Counted from the stretch's first letter, positions 17,771 through 27,323 are shown. The stretch is DNA of 64,000 nucleotides from an uncultured Alistipes sp. (GCA_947591475.1 CANQDE010000008.1:8635-72634), one strand, 5' to 3'. Made by a program: numbers and translations. The notes: a model not told the origin generated them from the letters alone.

Positions 17771-18706
17771 TCAAAGTCCTTTTTTTGCCAAGCGCCACGC
17801 TAAGGCGTTGTAGAGGTTTAGCACGGGCGTGCGCCAGCTCACGGGCAGCCGGTTGAGCACCTGCACCTTGCGCAGCGTGCGGCGATAGGTGCGCGTATAG
17901 CCGAAAGTGCGGATGGCGCGCGCGGCATCTTCCGTGCCGCCCTTCGCCGAGAGAACCAATGCCTTGCCGAGCGCCGCACGGGCGATAAATTCGCGTTCTT
18001 CGTCGGGCGCCAACGGATCGTAGAGCGTTTCGAACGAATAGGCCGTGCGCTCGGGCGTGTAGCTCGATGCCGAGCGGTTCGACGCCACGCGCGAATAGCG
18101 GCAAAGCCGTTCGGGCGAGAAACAAACCCGATAGCGGCGGGCGATTTTGATCCACATGTAGAGGTCGCCCGCCATTTTCATCCCCTCGGGGAAGCCGCCC
18201 ACGTCGTCGAATACGCGGCGCGGGATGCAGCTGGCCGACGGAATGGCGATGTAGCGGTGGGCCGAATCGCGGAAGAAGTTTTCTACGATGCCTCGTCTGG
18301 CTGGGCAGTCGGCGGGAAATTCGCCTTCGTGGCTCACGATGTCGAACGCCGTGCAGTAGAGCCCGCAATCGGGAAATTCGCGTATCAGTGCGGCGATTTC
18401 CTCCAAAAAACGGGGCCGCCATTGGTCGTCGGCATCCAGCAGCGCCAAGTAGTCGCCGGTCGCTTCGGCGATAGCACGGTTGCGGGCGGCGCATTCGCCG
18501 GCATTGGGCTGTTCGACGAGCCGCACGAGCGGGGCTTCGGCGGCGATTTCGCGGACGATGGCGGCGCTGCCGTCGGTCGAACCGTCGTCCACGACGACGA
18601 TTTCGGTCGGTTGCAGCGTCTGTGCCAGCACCGAACGCAGCGTATCGCCGATTTCGCGCTCCTTGTTGTAGAGCGGAATGATGACGGAGAGGGTGGGCGT
18701 ATTCAT
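17771..18706 (-). CDS. Family 2 glycosyltransferase
   Basis: Motifs LSVIIPLYNKE...IVVVDDGSTDGS...LLDADD. Start moved to the ATG at 18706 (MNTPTLSVII), which forms an ATGA overlap with the upstream stop. The track start is 18754. Confidence 0.85.
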   Translation of the reverse strand: MNTPTLSVIIPLYNKEREIGDTLRSVLAQTLQPTEIVVVDDGSTDGSAAIVREIAAEAPLVRLVEQPNAGECAARNRAIAEATGDYLALLDADDQWRPRFLEEIAALIREFPDCGLYCTAFDIVSHEGEFPADCPARRGIVENFFRDSAHRYIAIPSASCIPRRVFDDVGGFPEGMKMAGDLYMWIKIARRYRVCFSPERLCRYSRVASNRSASSYTPERTAYSFETLYDPLAPDEEREFIARAALGKALVLSAKGGTEDAARAIRTFGYTRTYRRTLRKVQVLNRLPVSWRTPVLNLYNALAWRLAKKGL

Positions 18707-19686
18707 TTTTCGAAAGCGGATTTTTCGGGCAGCAGCCGTTCGAACGCTGCGCACAGCCGGTCGCTGGCGGTCTCGAAGTCGGCGATGCGTTCATCGTCAT
18801 GCAGGCAGAACATCCGGTAGCGTTGCGATTCGATGGCGCGGCAGATGGATTCGTTGTCGTCGGTCAGGGTCATCTGGCGGCAGTCGCCGAATCCGATGGG
18901 CCGGAATGCACCCCGACAAAGTGCATCGTAGCGGATGAGCCATTGCGACAGGTCGTTCGGCGTGCGGAACGGATGGCGACAGGTTGCATCGAGTTCTTTT
19001 CCCCAACGTTCCCAGACGCTCTCCACCTGGCTTAACAAAAAGGCTTGGGGCATGTGGTGGTCGCTGAATCCGGCGAAACGAGACCAAGGCAGCAACAATA
19101 TCGTTTTCAACAGGTTGCCTACTCCGTAGCGCAGCGAAAACCACTTGGCCGGATGACGGGCGATGACCCGATGGGGCCGGTAGCGTGCGTCAATCAACAT
19201 CAGGTTGTTGAGGGCGATGTGAGTGATGGGCTCCGGTGCCGGAATGCTCAATCGGGCCATGTCGCGGGGCAGTCCGTCGCGGAAAAAGTCGGTCGGTCGG
19301 GCCGGACGGCCGAGGAAGGTGTCGTCGTTGAACAGCACGAACTGTTCGGCCAGCCCCTCGATGCGGTGGATGTTGAGTTCCAGCGTGTTCGAATTGAAGG
19401 TCGGCCGATAGGCTTCGGGCAGATAGTCGGCATGCTCGACCACGTGCAGCTTCGGATAGTCGGTCGCGAGCCACGCGGGCAGATGGCCCCACGTGATGAA
19501 GTGGATGCGCCGCACCCACGGAGCAAACCGCTCGACGCTGCGGAACCAGTAACGGAGCGTCCGCCAGTCGCGGTAGCGAATTTCCGACGCATCTTCGCCT
19601 GCGCGGTGGCGCGCTGCGGCGAACGCTTGGCGCCAAGTGGGGTCGCTGCCGTCGACCCAAGGGATAACGAAGTCTATATCGTTCAT
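18703..19686 (-). CDS. Stealth-family (CR1-CR4) hexose-1-phosphate transferase-like protein
   Basis: CR1-like IDFVIPWVDGSDPTW. CR2-like YRDWRTLRYWFRSVERFAPWVRRIHFITWGHLPAWL. The Arg-rich 71-aa N-terminal extension in the track is rejected, giving a start at the ATG at 19686 (MNDIDF). Confidence 0.8.
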   Translation of the reverse strand: MNDIDFVIPWVDGSDPTWRQAFAAARHRAGEDASEIRYRDWRTLRYWFRSVERFAPWVRRIHFITWGHLPAWLATDYPKLHVVEHADYLPEAYRPTFNSNTLELNIHRIEGLAEQFVLFNDDTFLGRPARPTDFFRDGLPRDMARLSIPAPEPITHIALNNLMLIDARYRPHRVIARHPAKWFSLRYGVGNLLKTILLLPWSRFAGFSDHHMPQAFLLSQVESVWERWGKELDATCRHPFRTPNDLSQWLIRYDALCRGAFRPIGFGDCRQMTLTDDNESICRAIESQRYRMFCLHDDERIADFETASDRLCAAFERLLPEKSAFEK

Positions 19687-20648
19687 TGTACCAATAAGTT
19701 GCATCCTCTGATGTCGGCCCCCGTGATGCGTCCGTCGATTTCGAACGAGCCGTCGGCGAATACCCGTCCGGCATCTTCGGTCTGGATGAACGCGCACGAC
19801 CACCAGTTGGTCAGGTCGATGATGTTCAACCCGCCGCGCACGCCGGCCGGCAGCAGGGCGAAGGGGTCGTTGATGTCGCGGGCCACGACCCGCATCCAAG
19901 CCGGACAGCGGAATCGGTTGCCGCCTGCCGAATAGGCTTGCGAGGTGAGTTCGGCCATGCCGTATTCGGAGTGTATTTTATTAACTTTGAAAGAATTACA
20001 AAGTATTTTATGTAATTTTTCTTTCGAAATCTCTTCGCGATAGCCTTTCATGCCGCCCGTCTCCATCACGATCGTGTCGCGCAGTTCGGGGGCGTACTGC
20101 TCCGCCAAATCCCACAGGGCATAGCTCACGCCCAGCAGGATTTTCGGTTTGGGATCATTCCGCATGGCATCGAGCAGCTCTTCGTAGTTGTCTAAATAGA
20201 ATCCGCCCGAACCGCAGTCGGCGATGAGGCGGTCGGCCATGTAGACCAACGACGAACCCTTGCGACGCAAGTAGTTGGGCAGCAGCGCATAGAGGCTCCA
20301 GCGGTGCGGATCGCCGTAGAACGTGCGGAACGAACCGCGAAATGCCTGTTCGTAGAGGGCCAGCGAGCGCATCGGGTGGCGCGACGAGGTCATGCCTGTG
20401 GTCGCCGACGAGGTGAAGACCGCTTCGGGGTCCGCATCGCCGCAATAGACCGTGTGGGTCTTGAACAGGCCGATGGGCAGGGCCGGAATCGCGTCGGCGC
20501 GCGTGATGCGCATCGGTTCGACCCCGATCAGCGACAGGTATTCGCGATAGGGCGGACATTCGGCCGCTTGTCGGCGGAATACCTCCAAAGCCGCGGCATC
20601 GAACTCCTCGGCGGTGCGTATGCGGAACAGATCGTCGGTCGTCATCAT
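19683..20648 (-). CDS. LuxE/PaaK-like adenylate-forming acyl-protein synthetase family protein
   Basis: FTSSATTG (SSGTTG-like P-loop), METGGMKG and SEYGMAELTSQ. Start taken at the ATGATGA junction with the trmH stop (MMTTDDLF). The track start at 20753 is rejected. Confidence 0.7.
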   Translation of the reverse strand: MMTTDDLFRIRTAEEFDAAALEVFRRQAAECPPYREYLSLIGVEPMRITRADAIPALPIGLFKTHTVYCGDADPEAVFTSSATTGMTSSRHPMRSLALYEQAFRGSFRTFYGDPHRWSLYALLPNYLRRKGSSLVYMADRLIADCGSGGFYLDNYEELLDAMRNDPKPKILLGVSYALWDLAEQYAPELRDTIVMETGGMKGYREEISKEKLHKILCNSFKVNKIHSEYGMAELTSQAYSAGGNRFRCPAWMRVVARDINDPFALLPAGVRGGLNIIDLTNWWSCAFIQTEDAGRVFADGSFEIDGRITGADIRGCNLLVQ

Positions 20649-21403
20649 CGTTGCAAAGGTTTGGGAGCGGTTCGGCGGCGGAACTCCGAGCAGACGATGC
20701 CCGTCGCCATAGCGACATTGAGCGATTCGGTCGTGCGGCGGTCGGCGGGCCAAGGCGGAATGAAGAGTTTGCGAGTAATCGTTGCGGCGACTTCGGGCGT
20801 TACGCCGCGCCCCTCGTTGCCCATCGCCACGATGCCCGTCAGGGTCAGCTCCGCGTCGTAGATATTCGTCCCCTCGAGGAACGTGCCGTAGACCGGCAGG
20901 CCGTGCGCTGCGGCGTCGCGCAGGAACGGGGCCAGCGGCGTGTAGTGAACCCGGACGCGCAGGATGGCGCCCATCGTTGCCTGCACGACCTTCGGATTGA
21001 AACAGTCGGCGGTCGAGGGCGAGCAGACGATGTCGCCGATGCCGTACCAGTCGGCCAGCCGGATGATGGTGCCGAGGTTGCCCGGGTTCTGCACATCGTC
21101 CAAGGCGAGGGTCAGCCGGTCGCCGAGCTGTTGCACGTTCAGTGCGTGATGCGGTATTTCGACGAGTGCCAGCGAGTTGCCGGCGGTTTTCAGCAGCGAC
21201 AGCCGTTCCATGTCGTGCGGCGCGACCGTCTCGACCTCCGAGCCGTCGAAAACGCCCTCCAACGCGAAAATTTTGCGGATTCGCAGACGCGACGCCCGTA
21301 TCTCGCCGATGAGTTTCGCTCCTTCGGCGACGAAAAGTCCGTGCTCCATGCGGCCGCGTTTGTCGGCCAGCGCGCGGACGAGTTGTATTTCGGCTTTGGT
21401 CAT
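20645..21403 (-). CDS. TrmH/SpoU-family RNA 2'-O-methyltransferase
   Basis: 252 aa. Motifs NPGNLGTIIRLADWYG and MGNEGRGV. Confidence 0.88.
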   Translation of the reverse strand: MTKAEIQLVRALADKRGRMEHGLFVAEGAKLIGEIRASRLRIRKIFALEGVFDGSEVETVAPHDMERLSLLKTAGNSLALVEIPHHALNVQQLGDRLTLALDDVQNPGNLGTIIRLADWYGIGDIVCSPSTADCFNPKVVQATMGAILRVRVHYTPLAPFLRDAAAHGLPVYGTFLEGTNIYDAELTLTGIVAMGNEGRGVTPEVAATITRKLFIPPWPADRRTTESLNVAMATGIVCSEFRRRTAPKPLQR

Positions 21404-22323
21404 CGTCGTTTCTCTATGGTGAAAGTCGTTCGTTCTTCGGCGGCATAGGTCTCCGGAAAGAGCGTGCGGGCCTCATCGACCAGCACTTGCTCGTCCTTGT
21501 AGCGCGACGAATAGTGGCCGATGACGAGCCGACCTGCTTCGGCTTTCAGCGCCGCTTTGGCCGCATCGAGCGTCGTCGAATGGCCGCGCTCCTTGGCCGC
21601 ACGTCGTTCGGCTGCGGCATAGGTCGCCTCGTGGTACATCAGATCGACGCCCCGACACAGATTCGCCGCCCGGGCCGAGAAGTTGGTATCCGACAGATAG
21701 GCATACGAACGGGGTTCATAGGGACGGTAGGTCAGTTCCGCATTGGGGATGACTTCGCCCGTGTCGAGCCAGACGTCCTCGCCGCGTTTGGCCGCTGTGA
21801 TCTGGGCGATGGAGAGGCCGTATCGCTCGATTTGGTACTTCTCGACGTTGAGCGGCGGGCGCTTTTCGCGGAAGAGGAAACCGGCGCACGGCACCCGATG
21901 GCGCAGCGGGATGCTCCACACTTCGAGGGTGCGGTTTTCCATCAGCAGGGCATGTTTCGTGGTGTCGGTCTCGCACCATTCGACGGGATAGGGCAGTTCG
22001 CGGTCGAAATAGCGCAGATGCACATCGAGCAGCTCGCCGAACGGGGCCGGTGCATGGATGCGCAGGGCCGTTTTGCGGCCGTAGAGCCCAAGCGTCGAGA
22101 GCAGCGGAAACAGTCCGAATACGTGGTCACCGTGGAGGTGCGAGATGAAAACCTCGCGGATTTTCAACGGATTGATGCCCGCGCGGATAAGCTGTTGTTG
22201 CGTGCCTTCGCCCGCATCAACCAAATAGTGTTGTTCGTGGACGTTGACGATCTGGGCCGACGGATGCCGGTCGACGGTCGGCTTGGCCGACGAAGAACCC
22301 AATATAGTGATGCTGAAGCTCAA
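21400..22323 (-). CDS. rnz: Ribonuclease Z
   Basis: ITILGSSSAKPT and the metallo-beta-lactamase motif SHLHGDH. The RNase Z N-terminus aligns to the TTG at 22323 (MSFSITILGSS), and the resulting 307 aa is the typical length. The track start at 22422 is rejected. Confidence 0.85.
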   Translation of the reverse strand: MSFSITILGSSSAKPTVDRHPSAQIVNVHEQHYLVDAGEGTQQQLIRAGINPLKIREVFISHLHGDHVFGLFPLLSTLGLYGRKTALRIHAPAPFGELLDVHLRYFDRELPYPVEWCETDTTKHALLMENRTLEVWSIPLRHRVPCAGFLFREKRPPLNVEKYQIERYGLSIAQITAAKRGEDVWLDTGEVIPNAELTYRPYEPRSYAYLSDTNFSARAANLCRGVDLMYHEATYAAAERRAAKERGHSTTLDAAKAALKAEAGRLVIGHYSSRYKDEQVLVDEARTLFPETYAAEERTTFTIEKRR

Positions 22324-22376
22324 GTAAAAAATGCTTTTTTTGCAGCGCAACTTCCTGTCCGGAACCCGATAACGGT

Positions 22377-23300
22377 CTATCGCGCTAATAAAAATCGTTC
22401 GCAGTCCAACGCGGCGACGCATCCCGAACCGGCGGCCGTGATGGCTTGGCGGTAGTGCGGATCGCGCACGTCGCCGGCAGCGAAAACGCCCTCGACTGAG
22501 GTGCGCGACGAGCCGCCCTCGACCTTGATGTACCCTTCGGCATCGAGTTCGAGCTGGTCGGCGAAAAGCTCCGTGTTGGGATGGTGCCCGATGGCGAGGA
22601 AGAAGCCCGCAATCTCAATGCGGCGTTCCGATCCGTCCGTCTTGCGCAGCAGGGCGCCCGTTACGCCGCTGCCGTCGCCTAAAATTTCGCCGGTGGTGTG
22701 TTCGAACAGCACCTCGATGTTAGGCGTGTTGAAAACCCGTTCTTGCATCGCTTTCGAAGCGCGCAGATAAGGTTTTCTTACGATCATGTAAACGTGCTTG
22801 CAGAGGGACGCTAAATAAGTGGCTTCCTCGCAGGCCGTGTCGCCGCCGCCGACCACCGCAACGTCGCGTTTGCGGTAGAAGAATCCGTCGCAGGTGGCGC
22901 AGGCGCTGACGCCCTGTCCGCGGAATTGGGTTTCGGAGGGCAGACCCAGATATTTGGCCGATGCGCCGGTGGCGATGATGATGCTTTCGGCCTGCAGCTC
23001 CTTTTCGCCGTCGACGACGATGTGGAACGGCCGCGACGAAAGGTCGACGCGGGTGAGGGTGCCCGTGCGGATTTCGGTGCCGAAGCGTTCGGCCTGCCGT
23101 CGCATGTCGGCCATCATCTGCGGGCCGTCTACGCCGTCCGGGTACCCGGGGAAGTTCTCGACCGTGGTGGTGGTGGTCAACTGTCCGCCCGGCTCGATTC
23201 CTTCGTAGAGAACGGGGCTGAGGTTGGCGCGGGCCGTATAGATGGCGGCGGTGTATCCTGCCGGTCCGCTGCCGATAATCAAAACTTTTATTGTCTCCAT
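22377..23300 (-). CDS. trxB: Thioredoxin-disulfide reductase
   Basis: VLIIGSGPAGYTAAIY, redox CATCDG and VVGGGDTACEEA. Start at the ATG at 23300 (METIKVLIIG). The track extension to 23429 reads through a repeat element. Confidence 0.95.
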   Translation of the reverse strand: METIKVLIIGSGPAGYTAAIYTARANLSPVLYEGIEPGGQLTTTTTVENFPGYPDGVDGPQMMADMRRQAERFGTEIRTGTLTRVDLSSRPFHIVVDGEKELQAESIIIATGASAKYLGLPSETQFRGQGVSACATCDGFFYRKRDVAVVGGGDTACEEATYLASLCKHVYMIVRKPYLRASKAMQERVFNTPNIEVLFEHTTGEILGDGSGVTGALLRKTDGSERRIEIAGFFLAIGHHPNTELFADQLELDAEGYIKVEGGSSRTSVEGVFAAGDVRDPHYRQAITAAGSGCVAALDCERFLLAR

Positions 23301-23333
23301 ATTTCTTATTAAAGTTATCACCTCTATTTGCAT

Positions 23334-23487
23334 TGTCGCAGGCCATACCGCTCGCGGCGAAGCCGCGTTTGCAGATTTGACCCACCCCCAAACCCCCGCC
23401 TTGGCGGGGGCTTCGGTCGAAACCCGCAAGGTCTTACGGTCTTGGATTACTGTCGGTGTAAATTTGTATATAATCGCCTTCTGCTTT
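23334..23487 (-). repeat. MITE-like element copy C
   Basis: ...ctcgcggcgaagccgcgtttgcagatttgacccacccccaaacccccgccttggcgggggcttcggtcgaaacccgcaagg...ggtgtaaatttgtatataatcgcc. Lies directly upstream of trxB. Confidence 0.85.
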
Positions 23488-23683
23488 TATGCCGTTTCCG
23501 AGGAAAACGGTCGGCAACGACGATGTCGCTCATAAGCAAATCAAGGTTCTGCCGCATCGGGAAGCCCTTTCAAAAGGGCTGCGGCCCTTTGGGCCGCGCG
23601 GGCCGAAGCCTCCGCCCGCGGAGGCCCGCCGTTGGCGTCCCGTCCGCAGGCTTCGTCCCGATTGCTGCCGAATTTGCGTTCGT

Positions 23684-24685
23684 TCATTTTTGGGGATGGT
23701 TCTTTTGTTCGAACGGAGCATAATTCGTTCCGAATTCGGTCAGCCGATGGCCCGTATAGTCGAATCTGGCCCACAATCCGTTCTGCCGAACCGATACGAT
23801 GCTGGTCGCGGGGTCGTATTCCACGATTTCATAGATGGCCGGCACCACAAACCGCCCTTCGCGGTCGATCAGGCCCATGCCTTCGGCCGTCTGCACTTCG
23901 GCACGTCCTTCGTGGAAATCGCCGGCCCAGAGGAATTGCGACGGAATGACCGGTCGGTTGTCGAGGTCGACGAATCCGAATCCCGTCTCGTCCTCCACGC
24001 AGATCAATCCTTCGAACGGATTGCCTGCCCAGCGATGCCCCGAAATGCGCGGTGTCGGGGTGTACTCGATGGCCGCATCGTGCAGCTCCGTGCACGAAGT
24101 GGCCGAGCGGACGAGTTGCCGCAAGGCTTCGAAATCGTCGGCATCGCTGGCCTCCGTCGTCCCGATCAGGGCATCGTGGTAGCGCAACGGATAGAATCGT
24201 CCGTTGCTCCAAATCAGATTGGCCGGTTTCAGATTGCGGTGTACGAATCCCGCGCGTTTCAGTTCCGATTCGAGGGCGTCGAGCGCCGCCAGCAGCGTGC
24301 CGCCGTATTCGGTGTGCAGCGCCTGCGAAAATCCCCCCCCCGATGGTAGAAATTGAAGCACTAAATCGTTGACTTGTAAATTCATGGATGCGTCCTGCCA
24401 GTGCAGTTCATGCGGCAGGATGCGGTATTCGGTCAGGGCCGGACAGTTGATTCTCCGGAGGGCTGCCGCCGTGTGTTCGATTCGGAACATCGCCGACGGG
24501 TTGAGCGGCAGGGAGAGCAGGTAGCGTTGGTCGTGCCATTCGATTTCGGCTTCGACGAATCGGGTCGTGCGGTGCAATCGGGGCAGCCCGTTTTCGTCGA
24601 TGACGGCCCGAGCGTCGCCGAGGGTCTCGAACGAAAGGTCGGGCATCAGCAGGGCCTGCGTGAAGATGCGGATGGTCGGTGTCAT
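23684..24685 (-). CDS. Degenerate protein-kinase-like domain fused to WG (KWG-type) repeats
   Basis: 333 aa. Catalytic-loop-like FVHRNLKPANLIW (Asn in place of the catalytic Asp). I see no GxGxxG, VAIK-Lys or DFG. The C-terminal half has WG-repeat-like units (FGFVDLDNRPVIPSQFLWAGDFHEGRAEV, MGLIDREGRFVVPAIYE). No signal peptide. Confidence 0.65.
   Translation of the reverse strand: MTPTIRIFTQALLMPDLSFETLGDARAVIDENGLPRLHRTTRFVEAEIEWHDQRYLLSLPLNPSAMFRIEHTAAALRRINCPALTEYRILPHELHWQDASMNLQVNDLVLQFLPSGGGFSQALHTEYGGTLLAALDALESELKRAGFVHRNLKPANLIWSNGRFYPLRYHDALIGTTEASDADDFEALRQLVRSATSCTELHDAAIEYTPTPRISGHRWAGNPFEGLICVEDETGFGFVDLDNRPVIPSQFLWAGDFHEGRAEVQTAEGMGLIDREGRFVVPAIYEIVEYDPATSIVSVRQNGLWARFDYTGHRLTEFGTNYAPFEQKNHPQK
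24333..24341. repeat. C9 (G9 on the coding strand) homopolymer inside the kinase-like gene
   Basis: aaaatcccccccccgatgg. It encodes SGGG at about codons 115-118. Confidence 0.95.
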
Positions 24686-24688
24686 GGC

Positions 24689-25546
24689 TTATTCGGTTTT
24701 GATGCTGATGGAACCGATGTTGAGCATGGCGACCAACTCGGCGGCCGACGCATTGAAGCTCATGCCGCGGAACGGCGGCAGGGCGCCGGGCCCTTTGGCT
24801 TCGCGGATGGCATCGTCGAATGCGTGCGGCATCTCCGACGAGCATTCGTAGAGCAGCGAGGCGTAACGGTTCGGATAGTCGGCTTCGTCGGCCGACGGAA
24901 AGAAGATCGTCCGGCTATCTCCGCAATCCGAAATGTGGATGTTTATTAGTAAGACTTGTCCGTCCGCCGTGCGGAGCGATTTGATCTGATCGGAAACGGC
25001 CAGCAGTTCATCGTCTTCGCAGTCCGTGGCTTCGCCGTCGGTGATGTTGAACACCACGGGCGGGAAACTCTCCGCATGGGCGGGATTCGCGCACCACGAA
25101 GCCACGAAATCGCGTGCCCGGCGCAGCGCTTCGCACATGGGTGTTTGGCCGGTGGCTTTCGTAACGATCCATTGCGGCGAGGGAAGTTCGCGCAGCGAAA
25201 GTTCGCCGTTCGGGAGCCGGCACGGGAGCACTTCGGTGTGCACGGTCGTCTTGCAGGCGGCCAGTTCGCTGATGGTGAGCGATTCGCGTCCGTCCGGAAG
25301 CAGCGAACAGACCTCGTCGTCGCCCGAATAGCCCAATACGGCGATGTCGTAATAATCGCGTACGCCGTCGTCGCGCCGCGCTCGTTCGATGAGCTCGAAC
25401 AGCAATGCATTGGTGATGCCGGTAACCGCTTCGGCTTTGGTCATCCGACGTCCGCCGTACACAGTCTCTTCGGACATCGAGCCCGAGGCGTCGATCAACA
25501 GCACGAAGGCCGTGCGATGGTTTCTTGTGATACTTTGGGTATACAT
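24689..25546 (-). CDS. von Willebrand factor A domain protein (TerY-like), intact MIDAS
   Basis: 285 aa. MIDAS residues LLIDASGSMS, GQTPM and NITDGEATD. No signal peptide. Confidence 0.85.
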   Translation of the reverse strand: MYTQSITRNHRTAFVLLIDASGSMSEETVYGGRRMTKAEAVTGITNALLFELIERARRDDGVRDYYDIAVLGYSGDDEVCSLLPDGRESLTISELAACKTTVHTEVLPCRLPNGELSLRELPSPQWIVTKATGQTPMCEALRRARDFVASWCANPAHAESFPPVVFNITDGEATDCEDDELLAVSDQIKSLRTADGQVLLINIHISDCGDSRTIFFPSADEADYPNRYASLLYECSSEMPHAFDDAIREAKGPGALPPFRGMSFNASAAELVAMLNIGSISIKTE

Positions 25547-25568
25547 CTTTCTGTTTGTTCGGTTCCTG

Positions 25569-27299
25569 CTATTCCAGTCTGCGGACGGCGCGGTAGTCGG
25601 CTTGCCGTTCCGCTTCGTCGTCGCTGTCTAAGCCGTAGCTGATGGCCATATCCATCGAACAGTCGCGGTCGCGGTCGGCATCCGTCGTGCGGCGCAGGGC
25701 GGCTCGCGCGTTTTCGCCCGCCGCGATTGCATCGGCCAGCTCCTCGCGGGTCGGCGTGTGGCCCAGCAGACCGGCATAGACCGATTCGGCCCAGCTGCGG
25801 GCGTAGTCGTCGTAGTGGACGTGGAAAAGGCGGAAGCGGTTGTCGATCGCTTCGAAGTCGTTCAGCTCGCCCTGCTCGATTGCCTCGATGATGCGGTCGA
25901 CTTCGCGTTTGGCGATGTATTGTCCGGCGATGTCCAACCAGCGGCCGCTGCCGTCGTATCGTTCCGATGCGGTGCCTCGGGCGAGCATGGCGCCCAACGC
26001 CGCCACGATGGCCTTGTTGTAAAGTCCGATGCCCCGTCGGACGGCCGCCGAACGGATTTGCACGCGATTGTGGAGGTAGTATTCGGCTTTGGGGTCTTGC
26101 TCCTCCATGCGGTGCAGCAGGTCGACGGCCCGCAGCATTGCACCGGTCAGGTAAGGGTTCTCTTCTTCGAAATTGACGACATCGCGGCGGACGGTGCGGC
26201 GGTCGCGGGCGGGCCACTTTTCCAAGTCGCGCACCGTGCCGTAGCTGGTCAGGTTGGCGGCGGGCATCAGCAGCGAATGGCCCTCTTTCTCCAATAGATA
26301 GGAGAATGGAAAAGCCGACGTGTCGTGATGCGAGGCGTGATGGCCCATCACCATCGTGAAGGCCCCCTCCAAGGCGGGCGACATGATGTAGGCGCCCGAT
26401 GCGAATTTGCATCCGCGCAAATGGACCGATTGATGCACGGCGCCGCTCTTGAACAGGTGGTTGCTCTGGTTCGAACCGCTGCCCGCGTTGAAGAACGAGA
26501 ACATGCCGGCGATCAGCAGCGACGATTTGTGATGCGAAACGGTGTAGGGGCCGGCGAAGATGGAGGCCGCCTCGCCGTTTTCGCAGTGCGAATTGGCGAA
26601 AAAGAGCGATTCCGAAGCGGTAACCCCTTTATCTAAGATGCAGTTCTCGCCTACGAAACAATTTTCGAGCGTCGTGCCGTTGTCGATGCGGGCGTGTTCG
26701 GCGCAGATGAATCCGCGAGCCTTGATATCGACGCCGATGCGGGCGCCTTCGCAGAGCGTTCCGTTTTCGAGCAGCGAAGCTCCGTCGACAACCGCGCGGT
26801 CGCCGATGCACACTTCGCGGATGAACCGTGCTCCGACGATGCGGCAGTCGCGCCCCACCGTGCCCACTTCCGAAGCTTGCGCTTCGGCGTATGCCTCGGC
26901 CATTCGTTCCAGAGCGGCGATGAGCTTCGGACGATGACGGTAGATGGCTGACAGATAGGCAATTTGGGCTGACAGACGGGCGGTGATTCGGACGGTGCGG
27001 CCTTCGCATTCATTGATGGTCGCGACCCCGACGCCGTTGCCGAACGAACTGCGCTGCCGACATTCCAACGCTGTAACGTCCTCGACGAGCGAATGTTCGC
27101 CGATGCGGTAGTTCCGGACGCAGGAGCGTCGGATGCAGGCGCCCGATGCCAATTCGATACGGCCTTCGAGCCGGCATTGTTGTAGCTGCGACGGCTGGAA
27201 ATCTTCGCTCACAGCGACGTGTTCCCAGTTTTCGGCTGTAACGCCTGCGGCTTCGAGCGTTGCGATTTCGGTTGCGGTCGGGGTTCTGAATCGGGCCAT
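25569..27299 (-). CDS. Left-handed beta-helix-containing protein, DUF4954-like, function unknown
   Basis: Hexapeptide-like run CIGDRAVVDGASLLENGTLCEGARIGVDIKARGFICAEHARIDNGTTLENCFVGENCILDKG, followed by ~300 aa that I cannot assign. The DUF4954 assignment is from memory only. The track start at 27326 is a TTG, so I prefer the ATG at 27299, which lies 25 nt downstream of a TATCTTTG box. Confidence 0.6.
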   Translation of the reverse strand: MARFRTPTATEIATLEAAGVTAENWEHVAVSEDFQPSQLQQCRLEGRIELASGACIRRSCVRNYRIGEHSLVEDVTALECRQRSSFGNGVGVATINECEGRTVRITARLSAQIAYLSAIYRHRPKLIAALERMAEAYAEAQASEVGTVGRDCRIVGARFIREVCIGDRAVVDGASLLENGTLCEGARIGVDIKARGFICAEHARIDNGTTLENCFVGENCILDKGVTASESLFFANSHCENGEAASIFAGPYTVSHHKSSLLIAGMFSFFNAGSGSNQSNHLFKSGAVHQSVHLRGCKFASGAYIMSPALEGAFTMVMGHHASHHDTSAFPFSYLLEKEGHSLLMPAANLTSYGTVRDLEKWPARDRRTVRRDVVNFEEENPYLTGAMLRAVDLLHRMEEQDPKAEYYLHNRVQIRSAAVRRGIGLYNKAIVAALGAMLARGTASERYDGSGRWLDIAGQYIAKREVDRIIEAIEQGELNDFEAIDNRFRLFHVHYDDYARSWAESVYAGLLGHTPTREELADAIAAGENARAALRRTTDADRDRDCSMDMAISYGLDSDDEAERQADYRAVRRLE

Positions 27300-27323
27300 G
27301 GGAGTTCGGCAGATTGATTTTTG

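Noticed and set aside
22377-23429. N-terminal extensions given by the track for trxB, and likewise for 18703..19899, 19683..20753, 21400..22422, 47708..49642, 54584..55558 and 59153..60709.
   Set aside because: The extensions are Arg-rich or read through repeat elements (the trxB extension translates MITE copy C). The conserved family N-termini begin at internal starts, several of which form ATGA overlaps with the upstream gene.
23684-24685. Calling this gene an active Ser/Thr protein kinase.
   Set aside because: Only the catalytic-loop-like HRNLKPAN segment is visible. The catalytic Asp is Asn, and the ATP-binding glycine loop, VAIK lysine and DFG motif are not recognisable, so it is annotated as kinase-like and degenerate.
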